A stretch of DNA of 64,000 bases from Patescibacteria group bacterium (GCA_018971685.1 JAGXAG010000005.1:1842-65841), one strand, 5' to 3'. Shown: positions 1 to 9,055, counted from the stretch's first letter. Numbers and translations: made by a program. Notes: generated from the letters alone by a model not told the origin.

Positions 1-1
1 A

Positions 2-805
2 CTGAATCCTGGCATCGACTTTACCGGAGGTACACTCATCGATGTGGCGTATTCTTCGGGCAGGCCGGACCAATCTGCGGTTACACAGGCATTGAGCCCG
101 ATCGATCCGACGGCTTCGGTCCGTCCCAGCGGTGACAATGAATTTATCATTCGCATGAAAGCTTTGGACGAGAATCAACACGCGACAGTCAAAAAAGCGT
201 TGACTTTGAACGGATCAGCTCAGCCGATGGAAAAAACTTACGATTCGATCGGTCCGGTTCTTGGCGCGGAAGCCCTGCGCAAAGCATATGTCTCGATCGC
301 TTTGGTCATAATAGGAATCGTCCTTTACATCACTTTCGCTTTCAGGAAAGTTTCTGAGCCGGTCTCTTCCTGGAAATACGGCTTGGTGGCCATAGCCGCT
401 CTGGTGCACGATGTCATCATTCCGACCGGCGCGTTCTCCATTCTGGGCCATTTTGCCGGCTACGAAGTGGACACTTTGTTCGTCACGGCGCTTTTGGTCA
501 TTCTGGGCTTTTCGGTGCACGATACCATCGTAGTCTTTGACCGCGTGCGCGAGAATTTGAAATATTCCTCGGCCAAGAAGCCGTTCAGTGAAGTCGTCGG
601 CGCTAGTATCAGCCAGACTTTCACTCGCTCGATCAACACTTCGGCGACGACCCTGATCGCCCTGGTTGTTCTATACTTCGTCGGGGGCGTTTCGACCGAA
701 CATTTCTCTCTCGCCCTCATCATCGGCATCGCCGCCGGCACCTATTCCTCCATCTTCATCGGCTCGCCGCTCCTGGTTACGATTGAGAGGTGGCAAAAAA
801 AGTGA
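2..805 (+). CDS. secF: Protein translocase subunit SecF (5'-truncated by window edge)
   Basis: Frame open from position 2 (LNPGIDFTGGT, the SecF N-terminal motif); also SIGPVLG, HDVII, GFSVHDTIVVFDRVREN, TFTRSINTS, GTYSSIFIGSPLL. Confidence 0.95.
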   Translation: MNPGIDFTGGTLIDVAYSSGRPDQSAVTQALSPIDPTASVRPSGDNEFIIRMKALDENQHATVKKALTLNGSAQPMEKTYDSIGPVLGAEALRKAYVSIALVIIGIVLYITFAFRKVSEPVSSWKYGLVAIAALVHDVIIPTGAFSILGHFAGYEVDTLFVTALLVILGFSVHDTIVVFDRVRENLKYSSAKKPFSEVVGASISQTFTRSINTSATTLIALVVLYFVGGVSTEHFSLALIIGIAAGTYSSIFIGSPLLVTIERWQKK

Positions 806-833
806 TCTTCTTTTTTACAGAAAGGAGTCAGAT

Positions 834-989
834 ATGGCGAAGAAGAAACATAAAAAAATTTCGCGCACTACCAGTCGCAGGTTCACTCGAATATACCGAT
901 CGGAAATGGAAAAACTTGCGCCGGAGTTTGAAAAGATAAAAGCGGCAGAGACGATTACTGCGAAAGACATGGAGATCACAGTAACTTGA
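834..989 (+). CDS. Small basic hypothetical protein (51 aa)
   Basis: AAGGAG upstream of ATG834; MAKKKHKKISRTTSRRF...; followed by a terminator-like hairpin. Confidence 0.5.
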   Translation: MAKKKHKKISRTTSRRFTRIYRSEMEKLAPEFEKIKAAETITAKDMEITVT

Positions 990-1002
990 TTACTTGATCT
1001 CA

Positions 1003-1040
1003 GACCGGCCACAACCATTGTGGCCGGTCGATTTTTATTT
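1003..1040 (+). terminator. Intrinsic terminator
   Basis: GACCGGCCACA-accat-TGTGGCCGGTC followed by gATTTTTATTT. Confidence 0.75.
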
Positions 1041-1055
1041 GCTATAATTGCGTTC

Positions 1056-1601
1056 ATGTCAAAAACGATCCAAGAGAAAAAGGCATCAGTAATTCCCGTC
1101 GAATCGATCGTGCGGCGCATTTACCTTATTCGCGGGCAGAAGGTGATGCTTGATGCGGATTTGGCGGAATTTTATGGAGTCACAACCAAATATTTAAACA
1201 GAGCAGTATTTAGAAATGTTGGACGATTTCCACAAGATTTTATGTTCCAATTGAGTCGAGAAGAATATCAATCTTTGAGGTGCCAATTTGGCACCTCAAA
1301 GATTGGTAGAGGCGGCAGGAGATATTATCCATTTGTCTTTACGGAACACGGCGTTATGATGTTATCTTCCGTCTTGAGAAGCGAACGGGCCATCCAGATG
1401 AATATATTCATAGTACGAGCTTTTATAAGGATCAGAGAATTATTAGTATCAAACAAAGAACTTGCTTACGAAGTGGACAAATTAAAACAGGAACAAAAGT
1501 TGCAAAACAGGCACATCAATGCCCTGTATTCAATTCTCGGAAAGCTGATCGAAGAACCGGTCAAGAAAAGGGAACCGATGGGATTCCGGCACAGCCCTTG
1601 A
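1056..1601 (+). CDS. ORF6N (KilA-N-related) DNA-binding domain protein
   Basis: IYLIRGQKVMLDADLAEFYGVTTKYLNRAVFRNVGRFPQDFMFQL...GGRRYYPFVFTEHGVMMLSSVLRSERAIQMNIFIVRAF; TATAAT 1043-1048 just before ATG1056. Confidence 0.85.
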   Translation: MSKTIQEKKASVIPVESIVRRIYLIRGQKVMLDADLAEFYGVTTKYLNRAVFRNVGRFPQDFMFQLSREEYQSLRCQFGTSKIGRGGRRYYPFVFTEHGVMMLSSVLRSERAIQMNIFIVRAFIRIRELLVSNKELAYEVDKLKQEQKLQNRHINALYSILGKLIEEPVKKREPMGFRHSP

Positions 1602-1665
1602 CTTTATTTTGGCCTCAAGTAGTATATAGAACACGCTACGGAGAGTAGCGCGGTACTTTGAAAAT
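1598..1665 (+). promoter_or_regulatory. rRNA promoter and boxA-like element
   Basis: TTGACT-16 nt-TAGTAT, then TACTTTGAAAA (boxA-like) upstream of the 16S leader. Confidence 0.55.
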
Positions 1666-2000
1666 TAAAAGTAAGTAGAGAATGTAAATGTGCAAGTAAA
1701 CGAAAATATTCCAAATGAGCTGGAAGCGAATATTAAGTAGGCGCATGTAAAAGTGCTTTCTATTTTGTTCCGTTCGCTTATAGTTAAGAGTTTGATCCTA
1801 GCTCAGGATGAACGCTGGCGGCGTGGATAAGGCATGCAAGTCAAGGGGGTCCAACACTGTGTCTTTGAAGATTCGGAAGCGATCAGCTCCGAGGCTCGAA
1901 GATAGAGTGTTGGGCAACCGGCAGACGAGGTAGTAATAAGCATGTATCTCCCCTCGAGTCGGGCATAGCTAGCCGAAAGGTTAGGTAATTCCCGATAGTC

Positions 2001-2350
2001 CCGGCGCATATTTCGGTGAAAAATTTATTCATTCTTTACATTGACAAAAATAAACCGCCCTACCCATGAAAGGCAAGGCGGGCGCTCCCGGCTACTATAG
2101 TACTTGGTTTCGGCAAGATCTTTTTTGAAACCGTTATGGTTGCATGTTGCGGCGGTAGATCTTTGCCCGCAGCCTTTGCCAAGGCCAAGGCCAAAACGAA
2201 CGAAAGGCTGAACCAAATTAACAGACAAATGATCACAAGCATAAGTCCTCCTACAAGTTTAAGGTTCCGGGTCATCATAGTAGAATGTCAATGTCAAGTG
2301 TGTGAATAACTCAAAATAAACAGTAATTTTTCTTCGAAATTTGCGCCCGG
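2001..2350. other. ~350-nt insertion in the 16S V2 (helix 9) region, closed by a long stem
   Basis: CCGGCGCATATTTCGGTGAAAAATT pairs with AATTTTTCTTCGAAATTTGCGCCCGG; TTACATTGACA pairs with TGTCAATGTCAA; conserved 16S sequence resumes at ~2351. Confidence 0.9.
2060..2242 (-). CDS. Small membrane-anchored protein encoded antisense inside the 16S insertion (60 aa; could extend to 2278)
   Basis: AGGAGG 4 nt before ATG2242; hydrophobic MLVIICLLIWFSLSFVLALALAKAA; minus-strand terminator overlaps the stop. Confidence 0.6.
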   Translation of the reverse strand: MLVIICLLIWFSLSFVLALALAKAAGKDLPPQHATITVSKKILPKPSTIVAGSARLAFHG

Positions 2351-2479
2351 TAAAGTTTTTCGCTCGAGGACGAGCATGCTCGGTATCAGGTAGTTGGTAG
2401 GGTAACGGCCTACCAAGCCAATGACGCCTAGGGGAGCTGAGAGGCTGACCCCCACCGAGGGCACTGAGACACGGGCCCT

Positions 2480-2510
<31 letters not shown>

Positions 2511-2676
2511 CCGCAATGGGGGAAACCCTGACGGAGCGACGCCGCGTGGAGGATGAAGTACTTCGGTACGTAAACTCCTTTTGCCGGGGACGAAGTCTAT
2601 TGACGGTACCCGGAGAATAAGAGGTTGCTAAACTCGTGCCAGCAGCAGCGGTAATACGAGTGCCTCGAGCGTTATC

Positions 2677-2709
<33 letters not shown>

Positions 2710-3912
2710 TTCTGTTAGTCTCGCGTAAAATTCTTCGGCTCAACCGGGGGCTCGCGCGAGAAACGGCAGGACTTAGAGGTCGGAAAAGGTCTCTGGAACT
2801 CATGGTGTAGCGGTGAAATGCGTTGATATCATGGGGAACACCGAAAGCGAAGGCAAGAGACTGGTCCGTTCCTGACGCTGTGGCACGAAAGCGTGGGTCG
2901 CGAAAGGGATTAGATACCCCTGTAGTCCACGCCCTAAACGATGATCTCTAGCTTTGAGGAGTATCGACCCTCTTCGAGGCCAAGCTAACGCGATAAGAGA
3001 TCCGCCTGGGTAGTACGATCGCAAGATTGAAACTCAAAGGAATAGACGGGGACTTGCACAAGCGGTGGAACATGTGGTTCAATTCGACGATAAACGAAGA
3101 ACCTTACCAGGTTTAGAAATCCAGACGAAGACTTTTGGAAACAAGAGTCGCCGTAAGGCGGCTGGACAGGTGCTGCATGGCTGTCGTCAGTTCGTGGCTT
3201 GAGCTGTTCCCTTCAGTGGGGTAACGAACGCAACCCTCATTGCCTGTTACAAGTGTCAGGCGAGACCGCCCAGCCCAAAGCATTTTTCGATGTCCGACTT
3301 CTCTGGAGAGGTCGGACCTCAGAAAAATTCTTTGGGCTGGGAGGAAGGTGGGGATGACGCCAAGTCAGCATGGCCCTTTGACGACCTGGGCTACACACGT
3401 GTTACAATCGCGGCTACAACGGGACGCAATGGCGATCGAAGCCGGAGCAAACCCTTATAAAGGCCGCGCCAGTTCGGATTGAGGTCTGCAACTCGACCTC
3501 ATGAAGCCGGAATCGCTAGTAATCGCGGGTCAGCTATACCGCGGTGAATACGTTCTCAAGTCTTGTACTCACCGCCCGTCAAGCTAAGGGAGCCGGGAAT
3601 ACCCGAAGTTCCGCCTCGCGCGGACCTACGGTAAGTTCGGTGACAAGAGCTAAGTCGTAACAAGGCACGGGTAGCGGAAGCTGCTCGTGGAATATTTCAA
3701 GTGAAAACCGTTTCTCCTCCACTCTTTGGAGCGGAAAAGGGAAACTTATGTCGATTCGTTCCAACCATTGGGATGAAGGTGATCGCTCTTTGACCGTAAA
3801 CAAGAGCGCTTAGTCTCCGAAGATAGGGGACATACATGGGCGTTTGCAATTGAAACGCTCATGGGTGAACGGAACAAAATAGAGAGCATAGTATCCACTA
3901 TTTAGTGGAGCG

Positions 3913-3941
3913 AAAATACCGCCTAACATGGCGGTATTTTT
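3913..3941 (+). terminator. Terminator of the 16S transcript (possibly bidirectional)
   Basis: AAAATACCGCC-taacat-GGCGGTATTTTT. Confidence 0.85.
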
Positions 3942-3983
3942 CGTGTTTGACTTTCGATTGTATTAATGGTATCTTGTCACAAG

Positions 3984-4202
3984 ATGAAAACTAGACTTGA
4001 GTTCGTCAAAGCACCGATGGTGGAGATAAGCCCGGTGCCAATCAGTATAAACTTCGAGCCACTTCGGAAAGGGGTCGAAAGACTAATTCCGTCGTGGCGG
4101 ACGATATTCTGGATTGCGGTCGCGGGGTTCGCCACACTGTGTGTGGCCATCTTCGCGGAGTGCTTGAAGAACGAGCATTTTCTGGAGTCAATCAAATACT
4201 GA
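3984..4202 (+). CDS. Small single-TM hypothetical protein (72 aa)
   Basis: TTGACT-17-TATCTT just upstream; hydrophobic IFWIAVAGFATLCVAIF; hairpin AAGGCACC...GGTGCCTT-tgtttt downstream. Confidence 0.55.
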   Translation: MKTRLEFVKAPMVEISPVPISINFEPLRKGVERLIPSWRTIFWIAVAGFATLCVAIFAECLKNEHFLESIKY

Positions 4203-4366
4203 TCAGAGTAACCAATCTCAGATCTACAAGGCACCAAGAACCGCAGGGTGCCTTTGTTTTCTGTCATTATTTATCATATAGTAATGCTTACGGACGCGTG
4301 GCGGAATCGATACGCATGTACGCTTGATGAGCTTAATCAGAGTTCGTTATATATTCGAGAAATAAT

Positions 4367-4448
4367 GGGCGCGTGGCGGAACTGGTATACGCGTACGCTT
4401 CAGGAGCGTATGGAGCAATCCTTGGAGGTTCAAATCCTCTCGCGCCCA
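4367..4448 (+). tRNA. tRNA-Leu(CAG)
   Basis: Acceptor GGGCGCG/CGCGCCC, anticodon arm TACGC-TTCAGGA-GCGTA, variable arm, GGTTCAAATCC T-arm. Confidence 0.95.
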
Positions 4449-4540
4449 CATCGGCATGGAGTAGCGGTTAACGAAGATTTTTGATAGTATCTTCTTTGTC
4501 GAAGAAGTGTCGATTTTGGTTCGGAAATATAATACGCAAT

Positions 4541-4613
4541 GCGCGCATAGCTCAGCTGGTAGAGCATTCGACTGATACTCGAAAGGTCCTAGGTTCGACC
4601 CCTAGTGCGCGCA
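4541..4613 (+). tRNA. tRNA-Ile(GAT)
   Basis: Acceptor GCGCGCA/TGCGCGC, anticodon arm TTCGA-CTGATAC-TCGAA, GGTTCGACCCC T-arm; own TATAAT at ~4528; CCA not encoded. Confidence 0.95.
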
Positions 4614-4721
4614 CAAATTCGCGAAAGGTTAGTAATCAACGGAAAGGTAAAGACAAAAAGAAAACTTGAAATACAAGACCCGGTCGGGCAATTTTCGCTA
4701 CTTTATTGTACAATATAGACC

Positions 4722-5669
4722 ATGAAAACAACCCCGAAAGACTTCTTCCTGCATTTGGGAGCGACTGTCGCTCTGTTTGTATCAGCGGGCGCATTACTCA
4801 ACCTGTACTTCAGCGTCATCAATTACTTCATGCCCGACCGTTTGACCGGTTACTTCTACGCCAGTTCGGTAGTGTGGCCTATATCGATGCTCATAGTGCT
4901 GGTGCCGGTATTGTATGTCCTGGAATGGAACATCGCCCGCGATATTTCCAAGACGCCGGACAAAAGGGAAGTTTGGATCAGAAAGTGGAGAATATACCTG
5001 ACACTGTTCTTGGCCGGAGCGCTGATCATAGGCGACCTAATCGCGCTCATCAATACTTACCTGAACGGGGAAATTTCCGCTCGGTTTATTTCCAAGATCA
5101 TAGCCGTCTTGCTGATCGCGGCGATAATTTTCGCATATTACATATTGGTGCGGTCGGCCGGGGCCAAGAAAACGGCGCAAAAAATTTTAGCGTGGCTGGG
5201 CATCCTGATCGTCATAGCCGGAATCGTGGGCGGTTTCATGGCTGTCGGTTCGCCGGAAAAACAAAGAAATCTGCGTTTCGACGATCAGAGAATTTCAGAC
5301 CTCGAAAATATTCAATGGCGAACGATCGCTTATTGGCAGCAAAAAGGGAAATTGCCGGACACACTCGCAAGCTTGAATGATGCAATAAGCGGGTTTACGG
5401 TACCGACCGATCCGGCCGATCATTCAAGCTATCAATACATCGCGAAAAGCGGCACCCAATTCGAGCTCTGCGCCACATTCGCTTTGCCGTCGCAGGATAC
5501 TAGCGTAATAAGTGTCCCGGGCGCCGGTCCGGTCGCCGTGCCGATGGCCTACTCGGCTGTTTCCGGCAACGACAACTGGGCGCATGAAGCCGGCAAAGCG
5601 TGTTTCGATAGGATGATAGATCCGCAAGCGTATCCGTCTTTTAAAAACCAATCATCAATAACAAAATGA
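4722..5669 (+). CDS. DUF5671-like membrane protein
   Basis: N-terminal TPKDFFLHLG, five TM segments, GSP..QRNLRFDDQRISDL..I, YELCATF-like FELCATF. Confidence 0.7.
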   Translation: MKTTPKDFFLHLGATVALFVSAGALLNLYFSVINYFMPDRLTGYFYASSVVWPISMLIVLVPVLYVLEWNIARDISKTPDKREVWIRKWRIYLTLFLAGALIIGDLIALINTYLNGEISARFISKIIAVLLIAAIIFAYYILVRSAGAKKTAQKILAWLGILIVIAGIVGGFMAVGSPEKQRNLRFDDQRISDLENIQWRTIAYWQQKGKLPDTLASLNDAISGFTVPTDPADHSSYQYIAKSGTQFELCATFALPSQDTSVISVPGAGPVAVPMAYSAVSGNDNWAHEAGKACFDRMIDPQAYPSFKNQSSITK

Positions 5670-7081
5670 ACCTGGGCAAAAAAACAAAGATTGTGTGCAC
5701 GATCGGTCCGGCGAGCGAATCGGCAGAGAAGATGGAGCAGTTGGCTGAAGCGGGCATGAATGTGGCGCGGCTCAACTTTTCGCACGGCGATTTCAACGAG
5801 CACCAGCGGCGCGTCGATAACATAAAGAAAGTGACCGTCAAGACCGGCAAGACGATCGCGATCTTGCAGGATCTGTGCGGGCCAAAGATCAGAATCGGCA
5901 CTTTCAAAGATGGTATGATAACGCTTCATGAAGGCCAGCAATTCACTTTAACCACCGAAGAAGTCGAAGGCACATCGGATAAAGTCCATGTCAATTACGC
6001 CGATCTGCCCAAGGAAGTCAAAAAGGGCGGCTTCATCATGCTCCAAGACGGCACCAAGAAACTCGAGGTCGTCAAAGTCGACGGCAACGACATAGTCACC
6101 AGGGTGGTGATCGGCGGCCGATTGTCCAACCACAAGGGCGTCAATGTGCCCGGCGCCAATCTTTCACTGAGCTCGCTTACCGACAAGGATAGGGCTGACA
6201 TCGAATTCGGGGTCAAAAATAAAGCCGATTTTGTGGCGCTTTCATTCGTGCGTAAAGCCGGCGACATACAAGAATTGCGTTCGATTTTGCGGCAAAAAGG
6301 ATCGAATTCGCACATTATCGCCAAGATTGAAACGCCCGAAGCGTTGGCGGACATTGATGGTATTATCGAAGCCGCCGACGGCGTGATGGTGGCCAGGGGC
6401 GATCTGGCGATCGAGATTCCGGCCGAAGAAGTGCCGCTGGTGCAAAAACTGATCATCCATAAATGCAATTCGGCCGGCAAGCCGGTCATTACGGCGACAC
6501 AAATGATGGAATCGATGGTCAAGAACCAGACGCCGACGCGCGCTGAAATTTCCGATGTGGCGAACGCGATCATCGACGGCACTGACGCGGTCATGCTTTC
6601 GGAAGAGACGGCGATCGGCGACTTTCCGGTGGAAGCAGTCGAAGTGATGACCAGGATCGCGCAGAGGATCGAAAGAGAAGTTTATACTCGCGACACGATC
6701 GCCGAATACGACGATGCGCACGGCGTCACGGATACGGTTTCGCAGGCGGCGGTGAGGACGGCGCATACTGTTGGCGCAAAATTGATCGTGGCGTTGACGC
6801 ATTCCGGGCGTACGGCCAGAATGATCGCGCGATATCGCCCGGCGGAGCACATTCTGGCCTTTACCGACGCGGCGGAAAACGCCGACAAGTTGATGCTTTC
6901 TTTCGGCTGTTATCCGATGACGGTACCGACGATGAAGACGGTTGACGAGATTATGGAAATTGTCCGCAAAACGGCCCTTGACCGTGAATTGGCCGGCGCC
7001 GGCGACAAAGTAGTTATCGCGGCAGGCATGCCGTTCGGGACTTCGGCGGAGACAAATATGGTGTTGGTTGAAACATTATGA
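5666..7081 (+). CDS. pyk: Pyruvate kinase
   Basis: KTKIVCTIGPAS, ARLNFSHG, IAKIE, GVMVARGDL, TATQMMESM, PTRAE.SDVANA. Confidence 0.97.
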   Translation: MNLGKKTKIVCTIGPASESAEKMEQLAEAGMNVARLNFSHGDFNEHQRRVDNIKKVTVKTGKTIAILQDLCGPKIRIGTFKDGMITLHEGQQFTLTTEEVEGTSDKVHVNYADLPKEVKKGGFIMLQDGTKKLEVVKVDGNDIVTRVVIGGRLSNHKGVNVPGANLSLSSLTDKDRADIEFGVKNKADFVALSFVRKAGDIQELRSILRQKGSNSHIIAKIETPEALADIDGIIEAADGVMVARGDLAIEIPAEEVPLVQKLIIHKCNSAGKPVITATQMMESMVKNQTPTRAEISDVANAIIDGTDAVMLSEETAIGDFPVEAVEVMTRIAQRIEREVYTRDTIAEYDDAHGVTDTVSQAAVRTAHTVGAKLIVALTHSGRTARMIARYRPAEHILAFTDAAENADKLMLSFGCYPMTVPTMKTVDEIMEIVRKTALDRELAGAGDKVVIAAGMPFGTSAETNMVLVETL

Positions 7082-7119
7082 GGTTGCATTTATAACGCGT
7101 GTCTGATAAGGTGTTCTGC

Positions 7120-7521
7120 ATGTTAGCAATACGACTTCAAAGAACCGGCAGGAAGCACGAACCGACTTTTCGCGTGGTCTTGACCGATTCAAAGAACGGC
7201 CCGAAGAGCGGAAAGTATTTGAAAAACTTGGGATGGTACGATACGCGGCTCAAGAACAAAGCCGAACAATTGAAGACCGATGAAATAAAACACTGGGTAT
7301 CCAAAGGCGCGAAGCTCTCGATCACTTTGCACAATTTTCTGGTAAATCAAAAAATCATCGATGGCAAGAAGTTAAATGCTCTGCCCAAAAAGACGCCGAT
7401 CAAGAAAGAGGTTCCGGCGGAACCGGTGTCGGCACCCGCCGCACCCGTGCCCGTGCCTGCTCCTGTTGAAAAAGCCGCTCACACTTCCGCGCCTGAACAA
7501 GAAACTCCCGCAGTCAAATAA
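7120..7521 (+). CDS. rpsP: 30S ribosomal protein S16 with Pro/Ala-rich tail
   Basis: MLAIRLQRTGRKHEPTFRVVLTDS...GKYLKNLGWYD...WVSKGAKLS. Confidence 0.93.
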   Translation: MLAIRLQRTGRKHEPTFRVVLTDSKNGPKSGKYLKNLGWYDTRLKNKAEQLKTDEIKHWVSKGAKLSITLHNFLVNQKIIDGKKLNALPKKTPIKKEVPAEPVSAPAAPVPVPAPVEKAAHTSAPEQETPAVK

Positions 7522-7532
7522 CACTGCGTTCT

Positions 7533-7693
7533 CAATAAACTTCGGCACTTCCTTTTTGTGAGCCTCCGGGACTCATGTCGTTGAATTGCAAGGTTTTGTC
7601 GCTCTCCAATCCGCGTTCGCGACAAAACCTAGCAATTCGTACTCCATTCGAACAGGTCCTCGGCTCACAAAAAGGAAGTGCCGAAGTTTATTG
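7533..7693. repeat. Palindromic element family A, intergenic copy
   Basis: 32-bp perfect inverted repeat (7533-7564/7662-7693) around a core related to 32326-32490 and 60528-60698. Confidence 0.85.
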
Positions 7694-7795
7694 CGACTAT
7701 TTGAGATAGTGCAGACAAGTTGACGAAAAACTCAATACTGATAGAATGTGCGCAGTACAGCGAACTGTACGATTACAAATTTATCGGAAAATACC

Positions 7796-8143
7796 ATGAA
7801 TCAGCACGCAGACCAGCAGTTCCTAGAGTTTATTATCAAAGCGTTAGTCGACAATCCCGATCAAGTGAAAGTTGCGCGTTCGGTCGATGAGATGGGTGTA
7901 CTCCTGACTCTCGAAGTTGCCGCCGCCGATATGGGCAAAATCATAGGCCGCCAGGGCAATACAGCCAAATCAATCCGCACCCTTCTGCGCGTTGTAGGCA
8001 TGAAAAATAATTCTCGCGTCAACCTAAAGATCAATGAACCCGAAGGCGGATTGAAGTCCCAGCCGCAATCACAAGGTCCGTCCGCCGCCGAGAAGGCCAC
8101 CAAATCAGTCGACGAAGCCATGGCCGATCTCAAGATCGATTAA
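7796..8143 (+). CDS. khpA: KH-domain RNA-binding protein (KhpA/YlqC)
   Basis: FLEFIIKALVDNPD.V.V...DEMGVLLTLEV...DMGKIIGRQGNTAKSIRTLLR; lies after rpsP. Confidence 0.9.
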   Translation: MNQHADQQFLEFIIKALVDNPDQVKVARSVDEMGVLLTLEVAAADMGKIIGRQGNTAKSIRTLLRVVGMKNNSRVNLKINEPEGGLKSQPQSQGPSAAEKATKSVDEAMADLKID

Positions 8144-8182
8144 CTGAATTTCGCCGTAATAACTGTCTGTTTACGAAAATGT

Positions 8183-8224
8183 GGCAAAAAACCGATCCGC
8201 TATCCAGCGGGTCGATTTTTTGCC
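8183..8224 (+). terminator. Terminator after khpA
   Basis: GGCAAAAAACCGATCCGC-tatcca-GCGGGTCGATTTTTTGCC. Confidence 0.75.
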
Positions 8225-8245
8225 TGTTTGTGATAGATTTAATCT

Positions 8246-8965
8246 ATGATCCATTTCCACATCGTTGCGTTGTTTCCAGAAAGCTTCGAATCCTACCTGG
8301 ACGCGTCGATAATCAAACGCGCTCGAAAGAACAGCCATATTTCCATCAAGTATTACAACCCCAGAGATTTTGTCGTGCCAAAGAAGTCCAGCAAACAATT
8401 GACTTATGCCGATAGGCGGGTTGATGACCGGCCGTACGGCGGCGGGCCGGGCATGGTGATCGAAGCGTTGCCGGTGGCAAGAGCGATTGAGAAGGCGATC
8501 GAAGGAATTAAAAAAAGAAAAGCCAAAAACAAAAGATCGCAAATACGGCCGAAAATCAAAATCATATTTTTCAGCCCGGCCGGGGAACAGTTTACCAATA
8601 AAGCTGCCGATGCTTGGAAAAAGTATTCGGACATAATATTGGTCTGCGGCCGGTATGAGGGTATAGACGCGCGAGTCAATAAAATGTTCAAAATGGCCGA
8701 AGTTTCTGTCGGGCCGTACACTTTGACCGGTGGGGAATTGCCGGCGATGATTGTGATTGATGCTGTGGCCAGGAGAATAGAAGGGGTGCTCGGTGACGAT
8801 ATGTCCGTAGAAGAAAGGAGAGTAGCTGGCCATGAAGTTTACACGCGGCCCGAAGAGGTCAAATTCAAAGGGAAAAGATATCGGGTGCCGAAGATCTTGA
8901 TTAGCGGACACCACGCCAAGATCAACGATTGGAAAATGAAGTTTACTGAAATCAGACACCGATAA
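8246..8965 (+). CDS. trmD: tRNA (guanine-37-N1)-methyltransferase
   Basis: VDDRPYGGGPGMV, LVCGRYEGIDARV, SVGPYTLTGGELPA, YTRP, VPKILISGHHAKI. Confidence 0.97.
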   Translation: MIHFHIVALFPESFESYLDASIIKRARKNSHISIKYYNPRDFVVPKKSSKQLTYADRRVDDRPYGGGPGMVIEALPVARAIEKAIEGIKKRKAKNKRSQIRPKIKIIFFSPAGEQFTNKAADAWKKYSDIILVCGRYEGIDARVNKMFKMAEVSVGPYTLTGGELPAMIVIDAVARRIEGVLGDDMSVEERRVAGHEVYTRPEEVKFKGKRYRVPKILISGHHAKINDWKMKFTEIRHR

Positions 8966-9027
8966 AAACCCCACTTGTCGATGTCGGGTTGCATAAAATA
9001 AGAAATAGTTATCCATATGTGTCAATA

Positions 9028-9055
9028 TTGACAGGGATAATGTGTATGCTATGGT
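9028..9055 (+). promoter_or_regulatory. Putative sigma70 promoter of rpoBC
   Basis: TTGACA-16 nt-TATGGT with TG at the extended -10 position; implies a ~220-nt leader. Confidence 0.55.

Noticed and set aside
666-833. 107-aa version of the ORF ending at 989
   Set aside because: Overlaps secF out of frame; the SD supports ATG834
1056-1601. Prophage suggested by the ORF6N gene
   Set aside because: No phage structural, integrase or replication genes nearby
2001-2350. Group I intron or homing endonuclease
   Set aside because: No recognisable P/Q/R/S core and no LAGLIDADG, GIY-YIG or HNH motif; the insert is a simple long stem enclosing a short ORF
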